The position numbers were made by a program, and so were the translations under genes. Shown piece after piece: positions 12,801-26,768 of a DNA stretch of 59,519 bases (its first letter is position 1; every line of letters starts with the position of its first letter). Under the pieces are notes generated by a model. The model was given only the letters and a program-made list of their open reading frames with translations, did no database searches and was not told the origin of the DNA. Origin of the DNA: Tubiluchus corallicola (taxonomy: Eukaryota > Animalia > Priapulida); assembly GCA_030141605.1 (NCBI GenBank), contig JAQGDQ010001145.1, forward strand, positions 1-59,519. Reading direction: 5' to 3'.

Positions 12801-13760
12801 CACTTCATAATATAACTAACAATACTGAATTCAGTGCTATATGTGTCTGAAGTTAAAAATGAAGCTTTGCCTTTATAGTGTTAAGTGCTGCTTTGCTTTA
12901 CATAAATAAATTAAGCAACCATTCTGATCATTAATAACTTATTTTAATTAATAACTAATTAAAATTATTTTTCCTGACTAATAAATATCATCACAGCATG
13001 AATGTGTATATTGCACAAGATAATATGGAATGCTTTCGAAAAGAATTAAAGCTGGGTAGGAACGCGCGTGTGGGACGCGTGGCGTGCTAGATAATTGTTA
13101 CCAATTTACCCCAGGGGTGTAAGAGAACACGTCGGACATATGTACAGGGCGCGTCGAAAAAACCACCAAACTGTAACATTTCTACCGCGTTGGGGTATTA
13201 AAATTATAGCCAATTTATTCACCACCTGGTTTAGGGACAGTTATGCGCGAATCTTAAGAAAATATTAACTTGCGGTCCCTCTGCCACGCAACACGACTTT
13301 TGCGCCCTCTTACGCATTGTGATCTGGTTTGACACAGTCGCAAGCGGCAGCTGGGCAAATTAGGGAAATTTTATATTTTTCCACAATGGGATGAGGTCCT
13401 CTATCGGTCTCGCTTCGTGAAAGTTCGCGTCGCCTTGCCATAATAAAAAATATCAATACGGTAAATAAATTCATAGTTACAGTGTGCGATAAATCGATAA
13501 TTTATAAATAAATACGTGTATACATAAATAAAAAATAAAATAAATAAAAATAAAAAATACCTAATGTTATGTAGGGGACTATTTACAGACGCGGAATGAT
13601 TTTTATATAATAAAGCATATAATAAAGCGTATTTTTATGACAAACAACAACAATAACAAGTTATAATGCTTACAAGCGGTGATTTCCACAGCACAGCAAG
13701 GTCCGTGAGAAAAAAACACAGCAAACCACCATCACATTAGTTCCTAAACAACATCGTATG

Positions 13761-14603
13761 CTAATGTTGCGCGGAGAACTTCATACGTTTCTGTTTCTGT
13801 CGTTGATTGCAGAACCACACCCGAACTACGTTCTTCTTCAAGTCCAATTTTTCCGCAATGGCGGCAATTTTTTCTCCTGAAGGTCTCGGCTGAACGGCAA
13901 AGTACGCTTCCAGCGACCTCTTTTCAGGAGCCGCAATAGACGTGCGTTTCCTCTTTTTGTCTCCGATCTTGTGAGCGTCAACAATGTCTCCTTTTCTCGC
14001 TTTGGCCTCAGCATCTTCTAGCCAAGCTTGCAAGATTGGTTTCAATGCCACCATGTTGTTGTGGCTTAGAGTCAATGATTCGAATCTACATATTGTTGAC
14101 TGACTAAGCGACCCGACCCCGGGTAACTTGAGGTTAGCTAGGGCGTTGCCCACGTCCGCCTGGGTCACACCTAGTTTTATCCTTCGCTGTTTAAACCTTT
14201 CAGCAAAGGCCTCTAATTCTCTGGGATCGGTGTCCTGGTCCAGCATGGACATATTATGCGCCGCTAAGCCGTGGTGGGTGGGCATGGTGTGAGCATACAT
14301 GGGTGGCATAGAGGTATGATGTGGGTTGTGGGAGGCGGTCACGTTGTGTGGATCCCCGGACATTCCGGTAACCATTCCCATGGAGGAGGTAGGGAGACTA
14401 CTCATATCTAAGAGGTCCATGGTGTCCATACCATGGTGGGGCATCTGAGGTCGGGGAGGAGGACCCGGATGTGCGCTCATGCCCGGATGGTGGTACATTC
14501 CGTCATGTTTCATGTGAAGTCCATTCTTAGAAATGTCAACAGCAGCTAAAGCCTCAGCTCTGCTAAGCAAACTCTGTTCATCTAATCCACCAAATAAGTT
14601 TCC
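13761..14603 (-). CDS. POU4: POU class IV homeodomain transcription factor (Brn3/acj6/unc-86 family), exon 2
   Basis: Acceptor ttttacag|GGA at 14603 (phase 0); POU-IV box (LLSRAEALAAVD), POU-specific domain (DPRELEAFAERFKQRRIKLG), homeodomain (WFCNQRQKQKRMK); stop TAG ends at 13761. Confidence 0.98.
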   Translation of the reverse strand, partial: GNLFGGLDEQSLLSRAEALAAVDISKNGLHMKHDGMYHHPGMSAHPGPPPRPQMPHHGMDTMDLLDMSSLPTSSMGMVTGMSGDPHNVTASHNPHHTSMPPMYAHTMPTHHGLAAHNMSMLDQDTDPRELEAFAERFKQRRIKLGVTQADVGNALANLKLPGVGSLSQSTICRFESLTLSHNNMVALKPILQAWLEDAEAKARKGDIVDAHKIGDKKRKRTSIAAPEKRSLEAYFAVQPRPSGEKIAAIAEKLDLKKNVVRVWFCNQRQKQKRMKFSAQH

Positions 14604-14954
14604 CTGTAAAAACGAAAAAAAGTCTCTATTGAACTTTGTTACCTCCTATTTTCAATGTCAGCATCCCGTATATAATTAATTAACAGTCATTAAATAATAA
14701 ATCACTTCGTTGGGGTCACCATTAATTATTTATTAAATCACTGAAGTCAGTGAGTGAACATAAAGCGTTTATTTATTTATTTTTTACTTTTCAGATTGAA
14801 AAATAAACAAAATTTTGTATCATCTAATGATACAAATGTATGCTACTAACGACAGTTTTACATTTTGAATTTTTCGTTAAAAATGATTACTACTATTATT
14901 ACATGAGCCAGTTGCGAACCGGTAAAAAATAATAACTTCTATTAAAAATATCTA

Positions 14955-15210
14955 ACTCCACAAAGTAAACAATATAATATGTAATATTGTTACATATTAC
15001 ATAATAATATGTATAATGTTTCATGTAATATCATGAGATTAGTTCTATTCACGTTAGAATATCTATCTTTACAAAGTAATCAATATAATATGTAATATTG
15101 TTGCATATTACATAATAATATGTAATATGTTTCATGTAATATCATGAAACTAGTTCTATTCACTTTAGAATATTTATCTTTACAAAGTAATCATTATAAT
15201 ATGTAATCGT
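14955..15210. repeat. ~111-bp AT-rich tandem repeat in the POU4 intron
   Basis: ACAAAGTAA..ATAATATGTAAT recurs near 14960, 15071 and 15182. Confidence 0.8.
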
Positions 15211-15584
15211 TTTATATTTCTAGCTATAATTTCTTGCTTTCCTATCATGTAACATTTAACATTTAGCACAAAAGCTTTTTCAAACAGCTAGTGATTAATT
15301 AAATACATCTTACAATATTATCTAAACGCATTTTGCTAATCACAAAAAAACGTAATCATCAACATTTTGCGAGAATCTTTCTTCGGCAATTATTATCTGC
15401 TGTCTGCGCGTTGTCGTTTCTGCCCAGACGTCAGACTTGCTGCATTAATAACTTACAAGTGTGAAACATTAAACTCGATTCCGATTTGAATTAATAAAGA
15501 ACTGAGACCCGAATAAACAGCAACTCATCAAAAATGTATCGCAGGATGAATAAATAGAAGCCCTTTAGGTTTTATGGGACGTAC

Positions 15585-15713
15585 CGGAGGGTTCATGCAG
15601 TGTCGTCTCATCGGATCAGCTCCCCGATGATAGGGCGGGCTGTAGCGGCCCGTCATGGACCCTGCACCTATAGGAGGGTGCAGACTCACGTGTTGTTTCG
15701 TATTCATCATCAT
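15585..15713 (-). CDS. POU4: POU4 exon 1 (43 aa)
   Basis: MMMNTKQH...GRYSPPYHRGADPMRRHCMNPP resembles POU4 N-termini; donor CCG|GTACGT is phase 0 and joins exon 2 in frame (323 aa total). Confidence 0.93.
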
Positions 15714-15794
15714 CTTTGCACTGGTTTATGTGTGAAACACGAGAAACACAAAATAAACTACATTTGCTCGCGACACCAAGGCTTTCTATAACTC

Positions 15795-16035
15795 ATACAA
15801 GCACCTGCAACTAGATTATTATTAGTCACATGGACGCTAGTGCGCATGCGTCAGCGTCCTCATCCTCCGAATAGCATCTGACGGGATTTGACAAGTTGGG
15901 AGGAGTGGCGACAATGTTTAGGCACGTGTCAGAGGCAAAAGCTGAAAATGGCAAGAAACGGGTTGCTTTCTCAATCAGTGGAGCAATTAAAGTGGATCCT
16001 GAGTGGAGCAATTAAAGTGGATCCTGCTGGATCTC
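15795..16035 (-). promoter_or_regulatory. Probable POU4 proximal promoter/5' UTR
   Basis: GC-richer island just upstream of the ATG; E-box GCAGGTG (15801-15808), NRF1-like TGCGCATGCG (15841-15850), 25-bp direct duplication near 15978-16027. TSS not determinable. Confidence 0.5.
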
Positions 16036-16456
16036 CTACGTTACCAAACTCTGTTCACTTTTTAAATAAAAGTAAGGAAACTTTGAAATCACAAATATTT
16101 ACAGGAATTTTTCAAAGTTTTCCCGTTTTTTTAAACAATGACGTACTGATTTTTTAACATTCACCTACCGTTAATGTTAGAAAAATGTAAAGAAGGGCTT
16201 ATGTAAAATAGAAATTTTTGTTAAATTGCTAACCGACATTTTAGTTTTGATAAAAAATAGCCAAATCTATGGATTTTAGACTTCTTTTATTTTGAAAAGA
16301 AAGTCATACAGCTAATATATTCCAATCCGTTTAAAACAAAGTTTCTTAGAATTGCCTCCCATCCTAATTAACTGAGCTGACAGTCAAGCCTTGAGAGCTG
16401 ACCCTCAAAAGAACTGCGCGGTACGAACGACGGGTTACTCATTCATTAGTAGAACT

Positions 16457-17068
<612 letters not shown>

Positions 17069-17070
17069 CA

Positions 17071-17305
17071 TTTTATTCATCCTTATCTTAAGTTACTAAC
17101 AAAACTTATTTTGTTCTAATGTACAGCTGATGCTTATGAAATGTTAATTGTCAATTGTTCCACTTATCTGAAGGAGGAATGGAAATCATAATGCTCCTTC
17201 CTCCTCCTCACAGTGACTCGTTTATTTTATTTTATAATGTAATAACAATTTATATGTTTATATGTACGATTTGCTGTGAAATAAAGTCATAATTCATAGT
17301 TCACA
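17071..17305 (+). mobile_element. CR1/L2-group LINE 3' UTR fragment
   Basis: Matches the UTR part of 52346-52760 in reverse orientation; AATAAA followed by an (AATTCAT)-like tail. Confidence 0.65.
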
Positions 17306-17588
17306 AGAAATACATTAATCCTTTTTTGCTTTCTACATTCAAATTATTTACTTTCCTGCTTTACTTACCAGAAGTTTGTAAATTTCTAGGATAATTTATC
17401 CAGAATCTCACGCTGTGACGTCACGAATACGTAATGCAACAATAAGCACTAAGCAGATTCAGCCTCGCAAAGAAAATAGTCAACTATCTATATGAACATC
17501 GATTATCAATCGATAATCTTTAAGTGCATAATGCGACCATACGTGATCGATACTGGGATGTGACTAGACTTGGTTACACACATCAGAC

Positions 17589-17750
17589 CATAGCAATGCT
17601 TCAGCATAGTCATAGCAATGCTTCAGCATAGTCATAGCAATGCTTCAGCATAGTCATAGCAATGCTTCAGCATAGTCATAGCAATGCTTCAGCATTGTCA
17701 TAGCAATGCTTCAGCATAGTCATAGCAATGCTTCAGCATTGTCACAACAA
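17589..17750. repeat. 22-bp minisatellite CATAGCAATGCTTCAGCATAGT, ~7 copies
   Basis: Direct. Confidence 0.95.
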
Positions 17751-17925
17751 TGTTTTAATTCAACTCTCGTTTGTTAATTTTATTTGAATTTCACTAAATT
17801 GCTTCTTTGGTTTTATTAAATTTCAAGTCTGAATTTGCAATTCCAGTATAAAATACAAAAAACAGGTGCATGTGTAGTTTGTCTTTGCAATTCCTAAAAA
17901 GTTCATAATTAAGTCTGCGTAGCTC

Positions 17926-17927
<2 letters not shown>

Positions 17928-18010
<83 letters not shown>

Positions 18011-18288
18011 GTAATAATAATAATAATAATAATAATCTTTATTTAAAGTCGGCTTTTGTGTCAACAATTAACATTAGCTCAAAGAGCTATTATCGCCGAC
18101 TGTAAATAACAACCTACAACTACATAACAGGGACTATTATTACCCCACTTTTACCCCAAATACCACTCGTCAGGCAGGGCAACAGCAGGTACCATTTTTA
18201 AAGTCTTTGGTATGACCCGGCCGCTGGTTCGAACTCACGACCTCCCAGACGAAAAGCAAACGCATTACCACTAGACTAAACCGTATCG
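17928..18288 (-). mobile_element. tRNA-derived SINE (Meta/MESC-domain type), copy 1
   Basis: Pol III A and B boxes, central GGTCATACCAAAGACTTTAAAAATGGTACC, (ATT)n tail; four copies in window. Confidence 0.88.
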
Positions 18289-18293
18289 TTGGT

Positions 18294-18410
18294 TGAATTG
18301 AATTGAATTGAATTGAAGTAAATTGAATTGAATTGAATTGAATTGAATTGAATTGAATTGAATTGAATTGAATTGAATTGAATTGAATTGAATTGAATTA
18401 AATTGATTCA
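18294..18410. repeat. (GAATT)n microsatellite
   Basis: Direct. Confidence 0.95.
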
Positions 18411-19945
18411 AGTGTAAAAACATTACAAAATGTACAAAATAAAATGTACACAGAACTGAAAAACTATACTGACAGCAAAGCTTTTCAATTATATAGCAAA
18501 ATTTTTTTGTACAAATATAAAACAATTTTTACGTTTTTATACTTATTAATTTTCTAACATTTCATACTACTCATTTTCGAAAAAATAATTGTCAAAAAAA
18601 AGGACTTAAAAAGAAGTTTTTTAAAACGGACTTTGTAGTTGATTTTTGAATTGATAAAATTCTTACAAAACCTTTGAAAACATAAGCAAGTGTGAATAGA
18701 ATATTGTAGCTTGGTAGTTTGAACAAATTCCATTAGATTGTTCAACCAAACGGTTTTTCACTGACTGAGACATCTGCTGGATGTTTAGAACTTTATTCAG
18801 CAATTAAGGAAAACAACCAACAATGTGAACATAGCTTTATAATCAATGCATTCCTGTCAGATTATAAAACAGAAAATTACTGAGTCCTGCGCCGCATCAG
18901 GACACTAGACTTGGGCCATATAGTAGGGTCTTTGTTGACACAATTTACTAAAATGTTTACAGATTTCACGAGTGAAACAGCCTGTATTTGGTTAGAATTT
19001 TCTCAGAAAATTGCTGAGTATAACAAAGTCTTCAAATGATTTATAACATTTGCAGTTGGAGTCAGAATTGATATATATATATATATATCAATTCACAATT
19101 TACACCGTTAAAGCTATATATATATATATGCGCATGCTCTAGCACGTTTTACAATGGTAACAACTCTAACATCACATAGCGCTAAGATAATAAATTTTCA
19201 TAAAATTACAAAAATGTATAAAGTGGGTCGAAAATACGTGAAGAAAATAAAACGTTAAAACCAGTGAGTTTTGATTTTTGATTAAAATATAAAAAAAAAC
19301 GTCCATTATGAAGCTAAAAAATCAAAAAAGAAGCAGGCAAGCGGTTCGAACTTGTAACTATTCAATTCACGATTTATTTAATTAAAACTTTGAAAGTACA
19401 AAAATGATTAAAAAATAGTCTTTAAGAAGCGAAAAAAGTTTTTAAGGCAAGTAAGTTTTCAATTTGGATTTAAAGGTATCAAAATTAGTACGTTATAATC
19501 ATGATCACAGTTTTTCTTAGTTCTCGCTCCATTTCATCTTTCATTCACTAATCTCTTCCCCCCGCCACTTTTATGTATATATTATCATTATTTCAATTAT
19601 TAATCATTTCTTTAAGATTTGCACGTACAGTTTGGCCTGTCAAGCTATGCTTTTAGGCTCAAACTGTATGCATCAAAATTATTCTGTAATGTAATTTGCA
19701 CATGTATATGCTGCATAAGAATCTCTTTTGTAATTTCTGGATAATATTGTATTTAAGTTTATATTTACTTCAGTGAAATTATCTGTATTTTTATTATAAC
19801 TGTTAGATGCAGAGTGGAAATAAATAAACTTATAACGTCCTTAGTTCATAGGGCAGCAAGTTCCAATAATAAGGGCCACGTGCCCTAAAGGATCGTTTAT
19901 TATGAAAGAAGTAAGGTCGCTACGTAATATTTGCTTTTAAACAGT

Positions 19946-20254
19946 TAATAATAATAATAATGATGATGATGATAATAATAATAATAATAATAATGATGAT
20001 GATGATGATAATAATAATAATCTTTATTTAAAGTCGGCTTTTGGGTGAACAATACATTAGCTCAAAGAGCTATTAACTACATAACAGAGACTATTATTAC
20101 CCCACTTTTACCCTAAATACCATGCGTCAGGCAGGGCAACAACAGGTACCATTTTTAAAGTCTTTGAGTCTTTGGTATGACCCGACCGCTGGTTCGAACT
20201 CACGACCTCCCAGACGGAAAGCAGGCGCATTACCACTAGACTAAACCGTCTGGT
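19946..20254 (-). mobile_element. tRNA-derived SINE, copy 2
   Basis: Same family; flanked by a 15-bp direct repeat TTTGCTTTTAAACAG (19930-19944, 20265-20279), a probable TSD. Confidence 0.88.
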
Positions 20255-20661
20255 GAAATTTACTTTTGCTTTTAAACAGATAAGCTAATAAATCACGTCA
20301 ATAATCTCTGAGATTCTGTCTAATCTTTCCTCTCTTCTCCTCTCCACACTCAATTGTCTGTCTAATTAATATCATCAGCGTGTTTATACACACACGTGCT
20401 CATTGTGTCTAACCCTCTCCACTCGAGAAACATCTAAACAAATTAGTTTATTAACCGCCTCATTGTCATAACTGTCAATATTGCGACGCGTACAATGCAC
20501 GCGGCTTTACGGAGAGGAGGCTCAATGATAAAATTAAGGGAAGAATAAAAGTTAGACGGACCAATTTCGTTGTATCGATTGGTGGGGCGCCTGATATCAA
20601 TATGGCATGTGTTGGCCATTAGTGCTATTATTCTTTCTATGTTAGAGCAATGAGGCATTGG

Positions 20662-21790
20662 AAGCCCACGGCGTGAAACAACAGCAGACAGATGGTAGAG
20701 AGGAAGCTTTGACGAAAAGATGGGTAGATAACTGTATGACATCGTGGTTGAGTTTGACCATCATTAAAATCGTTTATAATTACTTACCGGTTCCAGCTGG
20801 TAGCTCAGTCAGGCAGTGAGTGAGTCAATCAGAATCGTCAGTCAATTGGTTAGTTAAGTGAATGATTGGATGGTTAGATAACTGTATGACATCGTGGTTG
20901 AGTTTGACCATAATTAAAATCTTTTACAATTACTTACCGGTTCCAGATGGTAGCTCAGTCAGTCAGTGAGTGAGTCAATCAGAATCCTCAGTCAATTGGT
21001 TAGTTAAATGAATTATTGGATGGTTAGATAACTGTATGACATCGTGGTTGAGTTTGACCATCATTAAAGTCATTTACAATTACTTACCGGTTCCAGATGG
21101 TAGCTCAGTCAGTCAGTCAGTGAGTCAATTACAAGCCCACGGCGTGAGACAACACCAGACAGATGGTAGAGAGGAAGGCTTCGCGAAAAGATGGTTAGAT
21201 AACTGTATGACATCGTTGTTGAGTTTGACCATCATTAAAATCCTTTAGACTTACCGGTTCCAGCTGGTAGCTCTGTCAGTCAGTGAGTGAGTCAATCAGA
21301 ATCGTCAGTCAATTGGTTAGTTAAATGAATGATTGGATGGTTAGATAACTGTATGACATCGTGGTTGAGTTTGACCATAATTAAAATCCTTTACAATTAC
21401 TTACCGGTTCCAGATGGTAGCTCAGTCAGTCAGTGAGTCAATGAGAATCGTCAGTCAATTGGTTAGTTAAATGAATGATTGGATGGTTAGATAACTGTAT
21501 GACATCGTGGTTGAGTTTGACCATAATTAAAATCCTTTACAATTACTTACCGGTTCCAGATGGTAGCTCAGTCAGTCAGTGAGTCAATGAGAATCGTCAG
21601 TCAATTGGTTAGTTAAATGAATGATTGGATGGTTAGATAACTGTATGACATCGTGGTTGAGTTTGACCATAATTAAAATCCTTTACAATTACTTACCGGT
21701 TCCAGATGGTAGCTCAGTCAGTCAGTGAGTCAATCAGAATCGTTAGTCAATAGGTTAGTTAAGTGAATGATTGGATGGTTGGATTATCAG
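20662..21790. repeat. ~150-bp satellite, 7 units, followed by a (TTGG/CTGG)n tract to ~22030
   Basis: TAGATAACTGTATGACATCGTGGTTGAGTTTGACC repeated at 146-167 bp spacing. Confidence 0.93.
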
Positions 21791-22127
21791 TTGCTTGGCT
21801 GGGTGGTCGGTTGGTTGCCTAGCTAGTTGGTTGGTTAGAGGTAGTTGTGGTTGGTTGCTTGATTTGTTGGTTTCCTGGCTGGTTTGTTGATGGATTTGAC
21901 GGTTGATTGCTAGGTTGGTTGGCTGGCTGGCTGGCTGCTTGATTGGTTGGTTGGCTGGCTGCTTGATTGGTAGACGGGATAATTGGTTGATTGGTCGGTC
22001 GGTCTGTCGGTTGGTTTACTTGCTGGTTTTAACAAGAGAACCGAGAACATCCGTTTTAATGTTGTTGTTAGTGTTGTTATCAACGCCATTTATTTGCTAT
22101 GTTTTTCTTGTTGTAGCAATCGGATTT

Positions 22128-22266
22128 TACTGTTGCTACTGTCGTCGTTGTTGTCGTCAACATCGCTACCGCTGTTGCTACTGTCGTCGTTGTTGTCATC
22201 AACGTCGCTACCGCTGTTGTTACTATCATCGTTGTTGTCGTCAACGTCGCTACCGCTGTTGTTGCC
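22128..22266. repeat. 39-bp tandem repeat built from degenerate trinucleotides
   Basis: CGCTACCGCTGTTG recurs every 39 bp. Confidence 0.85.
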
Positions 22267-22467
22267 ATGGTACTAGTCTGACGCTAAAAATTGTTGTTTC
22301 GCTCAACTAACTTCAAATTTCCAGTAGCAACTCAAAGCCTTTTGTCTTGCCCACGCTTAGCTAGGCGTTACGTACAGATGTATCAAACTGCACTGATCAG
22401 TATTATAATTATCTCAAACTACAAACACTGATAGAAAGACCTGTGTCACGTGATCTAGCATCACTGA

Positions 22468-23232
22468 CAGTGGCGGCTCGTAGCTAAAATTCGTGGGGTG
22501 CTGCTTCAGAAAATATTTATAAATTGTTTTAATACAGTGTAAAACGTAACAAACAAACATATGTAATTTTAATGTTGTTGTTATTATTTGAAGACCAGGG
22601 GTTGAACGGTCTCTTCTTAACTGCAACTTTCTCATGGAGAGACAACTGTGAAAAATTAAGCTGTTGTAGTTCACTTACAGTCACATAACTTATTTCTAGG
22701 GGATGCAAGGCGTCCATTATGAAATGTATGTTTTAAGCGCACACGCTAAGTTTACACTTTATCACATTCGAGAATAAGCACGTGGCAATTGTTACTGTGA
22801 GAGACACAGTACTTTTTTTACCTAGCAGCAGACGATAGCGTACAGCGTCTTATCTCGGACATGACGCATGCGCACAACAGCCAAACACCGCGTTGCTTGG
22901 GCTGTGAAGTAAACAGTACTTCCCTCACGTGCTCCGGTTCCGCACAAGTATAAAAAAGAACTAAGGAAAAAGTACTTATTATATTGAATATTATCTATAC
23001 TGAGTGAAAACAGGGGGTGCTGCAGTAGCATGGTACATATACACGAGCCGCCACTAGGGGGTGCTGCAGTAGCACGGTACCTATACACGAGCCGCCACAG
23101 GGGGTGCTGCAGTAGCACGGTACCTATACACGAGCCGCCACTAGGGGGTGCTGCAGTAGCACGGTACGTATACACGAGCCGCCACTAGGGGGTGCTGCAG
23201 TAGCACGGTACCCTATACACGAGCTGCCACTG
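22468..23232 (-). mobile_element. Internally deleted hAT transposon with tandemly amplified terminus
   Basis: TIRs CAGTGGCGGCTCGT / ACGAGCTGCCACTG; 8-bp TSD ATCACTGA/ATCAGTGA; minus-strand remnant FSQLSLHEKVAVKK..RSTPGLQII resembles hAT transposase N-termini; five 44-bp terminal units. Confidence 0.8.
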
Positions 23233-25169
23233 ATCAGTGAATAAAGTTAACATACGGTGGCGGTAGCATAACAATGATCTTCCAAACACGATCACATATA
23301 ATAGGCTTAATCAAACCCAATATTTAAGAGGAAAATTGTGCAATTAAGCCAGGTGTGTAATAACAAACCAGGTAGAATGACTTTCGTGCATGGAAGAGCG
23401 TGCGTAAAACAGTGCATGCGTGCTTGTAGCAAAACTGGTAATACTTAGTGTTGCATGACTAAATGCGATGTTTGCATTAAAAATTTTGCACAGTATCTCT
23501 AAGTTTTTCTCAGAACTTGCTGATACATCGTTATTTTATACCGGTATTATATCGGTATTCATCATAAGATTGCTATGCATTGATAACATTGCTAATGTAA
23601 TTGCAATTCGAATATAAAAAAAAATTCATGGTTTATTAATATAGAATAAAAACTTAACTAAGATCTGATAAAGCAAACAGGTGAGCTTGGAGGCAAAAGT
23701 GGGTATCTCAAACTATAATGTGGTTACAAGATTGTAACTTATGCAGTCACATAGTAATAATTTGTCTTTTAGATCTTTTGTCTAAAATACGAATAAAAAT
23801 GAAATAACAGAAATTTGATGCAAATATTAGAATTAGAACGTAAAGAAATTAAAAAGTAAAAAATCGATCAAATTAAAAAATAAAGTAATTTAAGTTGGTA
23901 TCGAAAATTTGTTTTATTGTATATGATTTTTATATTAATAAAACTTAGGGGAGAAACCTGTGGTACGTTAACCGGTAATCTATTAGTAACAGGACTGAAA
24001 CTGTCAGAAATATTTTTATGATTGTAATTAATATAAGGTTATGCGATTATCCATTTTTAAAGTAAACCTCGATATGTATTTCTTTAATTGTTTGTGTCTC
24101 ACTACTTTGAACATTTAATCATTTTTATTTAGTCATTCGTACTTCCTATTTTAAATGTTCACAAACCAACAGTAAAAAAACAGACAAGATTTGATTAAAA
24201 TGTGGCCACAATAAAACAAATAATTATTCATTCAATTCACTGACAATACAGACACTTCACAAGCTATAGTTTGATCCTCACATTACAAATTTCACAAATA
24301 TATCGTGTTAGTTAACTAACATAAATGTTTACTTACATATTACCATTTACACGAATAGCATAATTGTCACAAGTAGCACAATGCACAAAAGCACAATAAT
24401 CATCTTATAAAGGATAACATAAATTCACTTTAGGTGTACCATAATTTTACCTGTAATTTAGCACTATGGGCCTATATAGAGGGACTTGCTCTATTAGCCA
24501 GTGTAAGCTAAGAGAGTCGTTCTCGTTGGTCATGTAGAGGGGCCTTATATAAACTTTTCCTTCATAAATTAATCTAAATAGTGGGCTTCATGCAATGCAT
24601 AGTAGTATGGTCTGAAACTACCTACAGACCTATTCTAAGAGCAAATCTAAGTTTGACATTCAAGGCTATATTATAAGACTGTAGTTAAATGAAAATTCAT
24701 TAATTAGAAAAAATGCTAATTAGAATTAATTAGAGAATTTAGGGGCGATTTTATAGATACATAAGATTAAATTTAACTTCGGGAAATATATATATATATA
24801 TATATATATACCATATAATAAATCGCATATCGTTATTATATATCGATGATAATTATATCGGTCAAATAATGAAAGGACAAAGCAAAATCATGAAAAACCC
24901 TTGAACCAAACAGGTGGTATATCTAGAACCCCAGCAAATGTATCTAACTAACCATGTCTGTAAGCAGGTGTGTTTCAGGTGAACCGAATCCACCCCACCT
25001 GTCGGAGAGCTTACTTTGTCTTGTAACAACATATTTTGCGTTAAACTGACAACCATGTAAAAGTTTCATTGTAACAAAGAATCTCTCTTAATTCCTCTTG
25101 TTTGCGGAATATCATACAAGCTTAACTTATTTGTAATAAAATGGGTGCAGTTAAATATCTGTTAAATAA

Positions 25170-25172
25170 TAG

Positions 25173-25203
<31 letters not shown>

Positions 25204-25745
25204 CGTCGTCGTTATTAACATTATTATTGTTGTAGTTGTTGTTGTTGTTTTTGTTGTTATTAATATTATTATTGTTGTTGTGCTGTTGTTGTTAATGTTA
25301 ATATTATTATTATTGTTGTTGTTGTTAATGTTCATATTATTGTTGTTGTTGTTAATGTTAATATTATTATTGTTGCTGTTGTTGTTGTTGTCGTTATTAA
25401 TATTATTATTGTTGTAGTTGTTATTGTTGTTATTAATATTATTATTGTTGTTGTTGTTGTTCTTGTGGTCGTTATTAATATTATTATTGTTGTAGTTGTT
25501 ATTGTTGTTATTAATATTATTATTGTTGTTGTTGCTGTTGTTGTTAATCTTAATATTATTATTATTGTTGTTGTTGCTGTTGTTGTCGTTTTTAATATTA
25601 TTATTGTTGTAGTTGTTATTGTTGTTATTAATATTATTATTGTTGTAATTGTTGTTGTTGCTGTTGTTAATGTTAATATTATTATTGTTGTAGTTGTTGT
25701 TGTTATGAAGGCTATTATTATTTTAGTTGCTGTTATTTTTTTAGT
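25170..25745. repeat. Compound (GTT)/(ATT) microsatellite
   Basis: Direct. Confidence 0.95.
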
Positions 25746-26518
25746 ATTATTTTAGTTTACATACCACATTCATTTTGAAGATAATTTGAACATAGTTGAT
25801 CATAGTGCAAATTCCTGTTTGAGAGTTTTAGAGCTTTTTACGCAACATGTTGCATATTAAAAAGAAAATTATCCAAAATTGTCCCATAACAATTATTTTT
25901 AATGAGCCAGCTGTTCTGATCAGCTTATTTAGACGAATCTTAACACTAGCAGAAACTGTGGTACATAAATAAGTACACCCAGAGCGTATTTTTCATTATT
26001 ATATAAACAACTGCTACTTTTCTACCCGTAACTTGATTTCATTTTAGAGTTTCTAAACCTCCTCCTCCTGTAAACAAACGCAAACCATTTGATTTTGTGA
26101 GACAAACAAAAGCGCATCAAATTTTCAATCTCTTTGAATAAGTCACCTAAGCTTCCATGTTTGATATTCTGATTAGTTTTGAATGCAATATTGACAAGCG
26201 GGTGCAAGGATTCACTTTGTTAGGCTTTTGCAGTGAGCTATGAAAAGCTATGGCGAAATTTGAACATACATTTTAAACTGTTTTAACGCTACTTTACAAC
26301 ATACCGTACAGGAGTGTGAACAAATATACCGTACAGGAGTGTGAATACAACCTATGATAAGAATAATTTTTTATTCTGTTTTTTAACGAAGGATTTTTTT
26401 AACATCTTCACTACTACAATAAATTTCGTTCAATAAAAATATCGTGAAATAGGTTAAATTTTACCGTTAAACTTCATAATTAAATTACAGATTAGTTGGG
26501 TATTTCACTTTCATAACA

Positions 26519-26768
26519 TAATAATAATAATCTTTATTTAAAGTCACATTTTTGGGTCAACAATTAACATTAGCTCAAATAGCTATTATCGCCAACTGTA
26601 AATAACAACCTACAACTACATAACAGAGGCTATTATTACCCCACTTTTACCCTAAATACCACGCGCCAGGCAGGGCAACAGCAGGTACCATTTTTAAACA
26701 CTTTGGTATGACCCGGCCGCTGGTTCGAACTCACGACCTCCCATTACGTCTAGACTAAACCGTCTGGT
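26519..26768 (-). mobile_element. tRNA-derived SINE, copy 3 (deletion in head)
   Basis: Same family as 41193 copy; the anticodon-region segment is missing. Confidence 0.85.
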
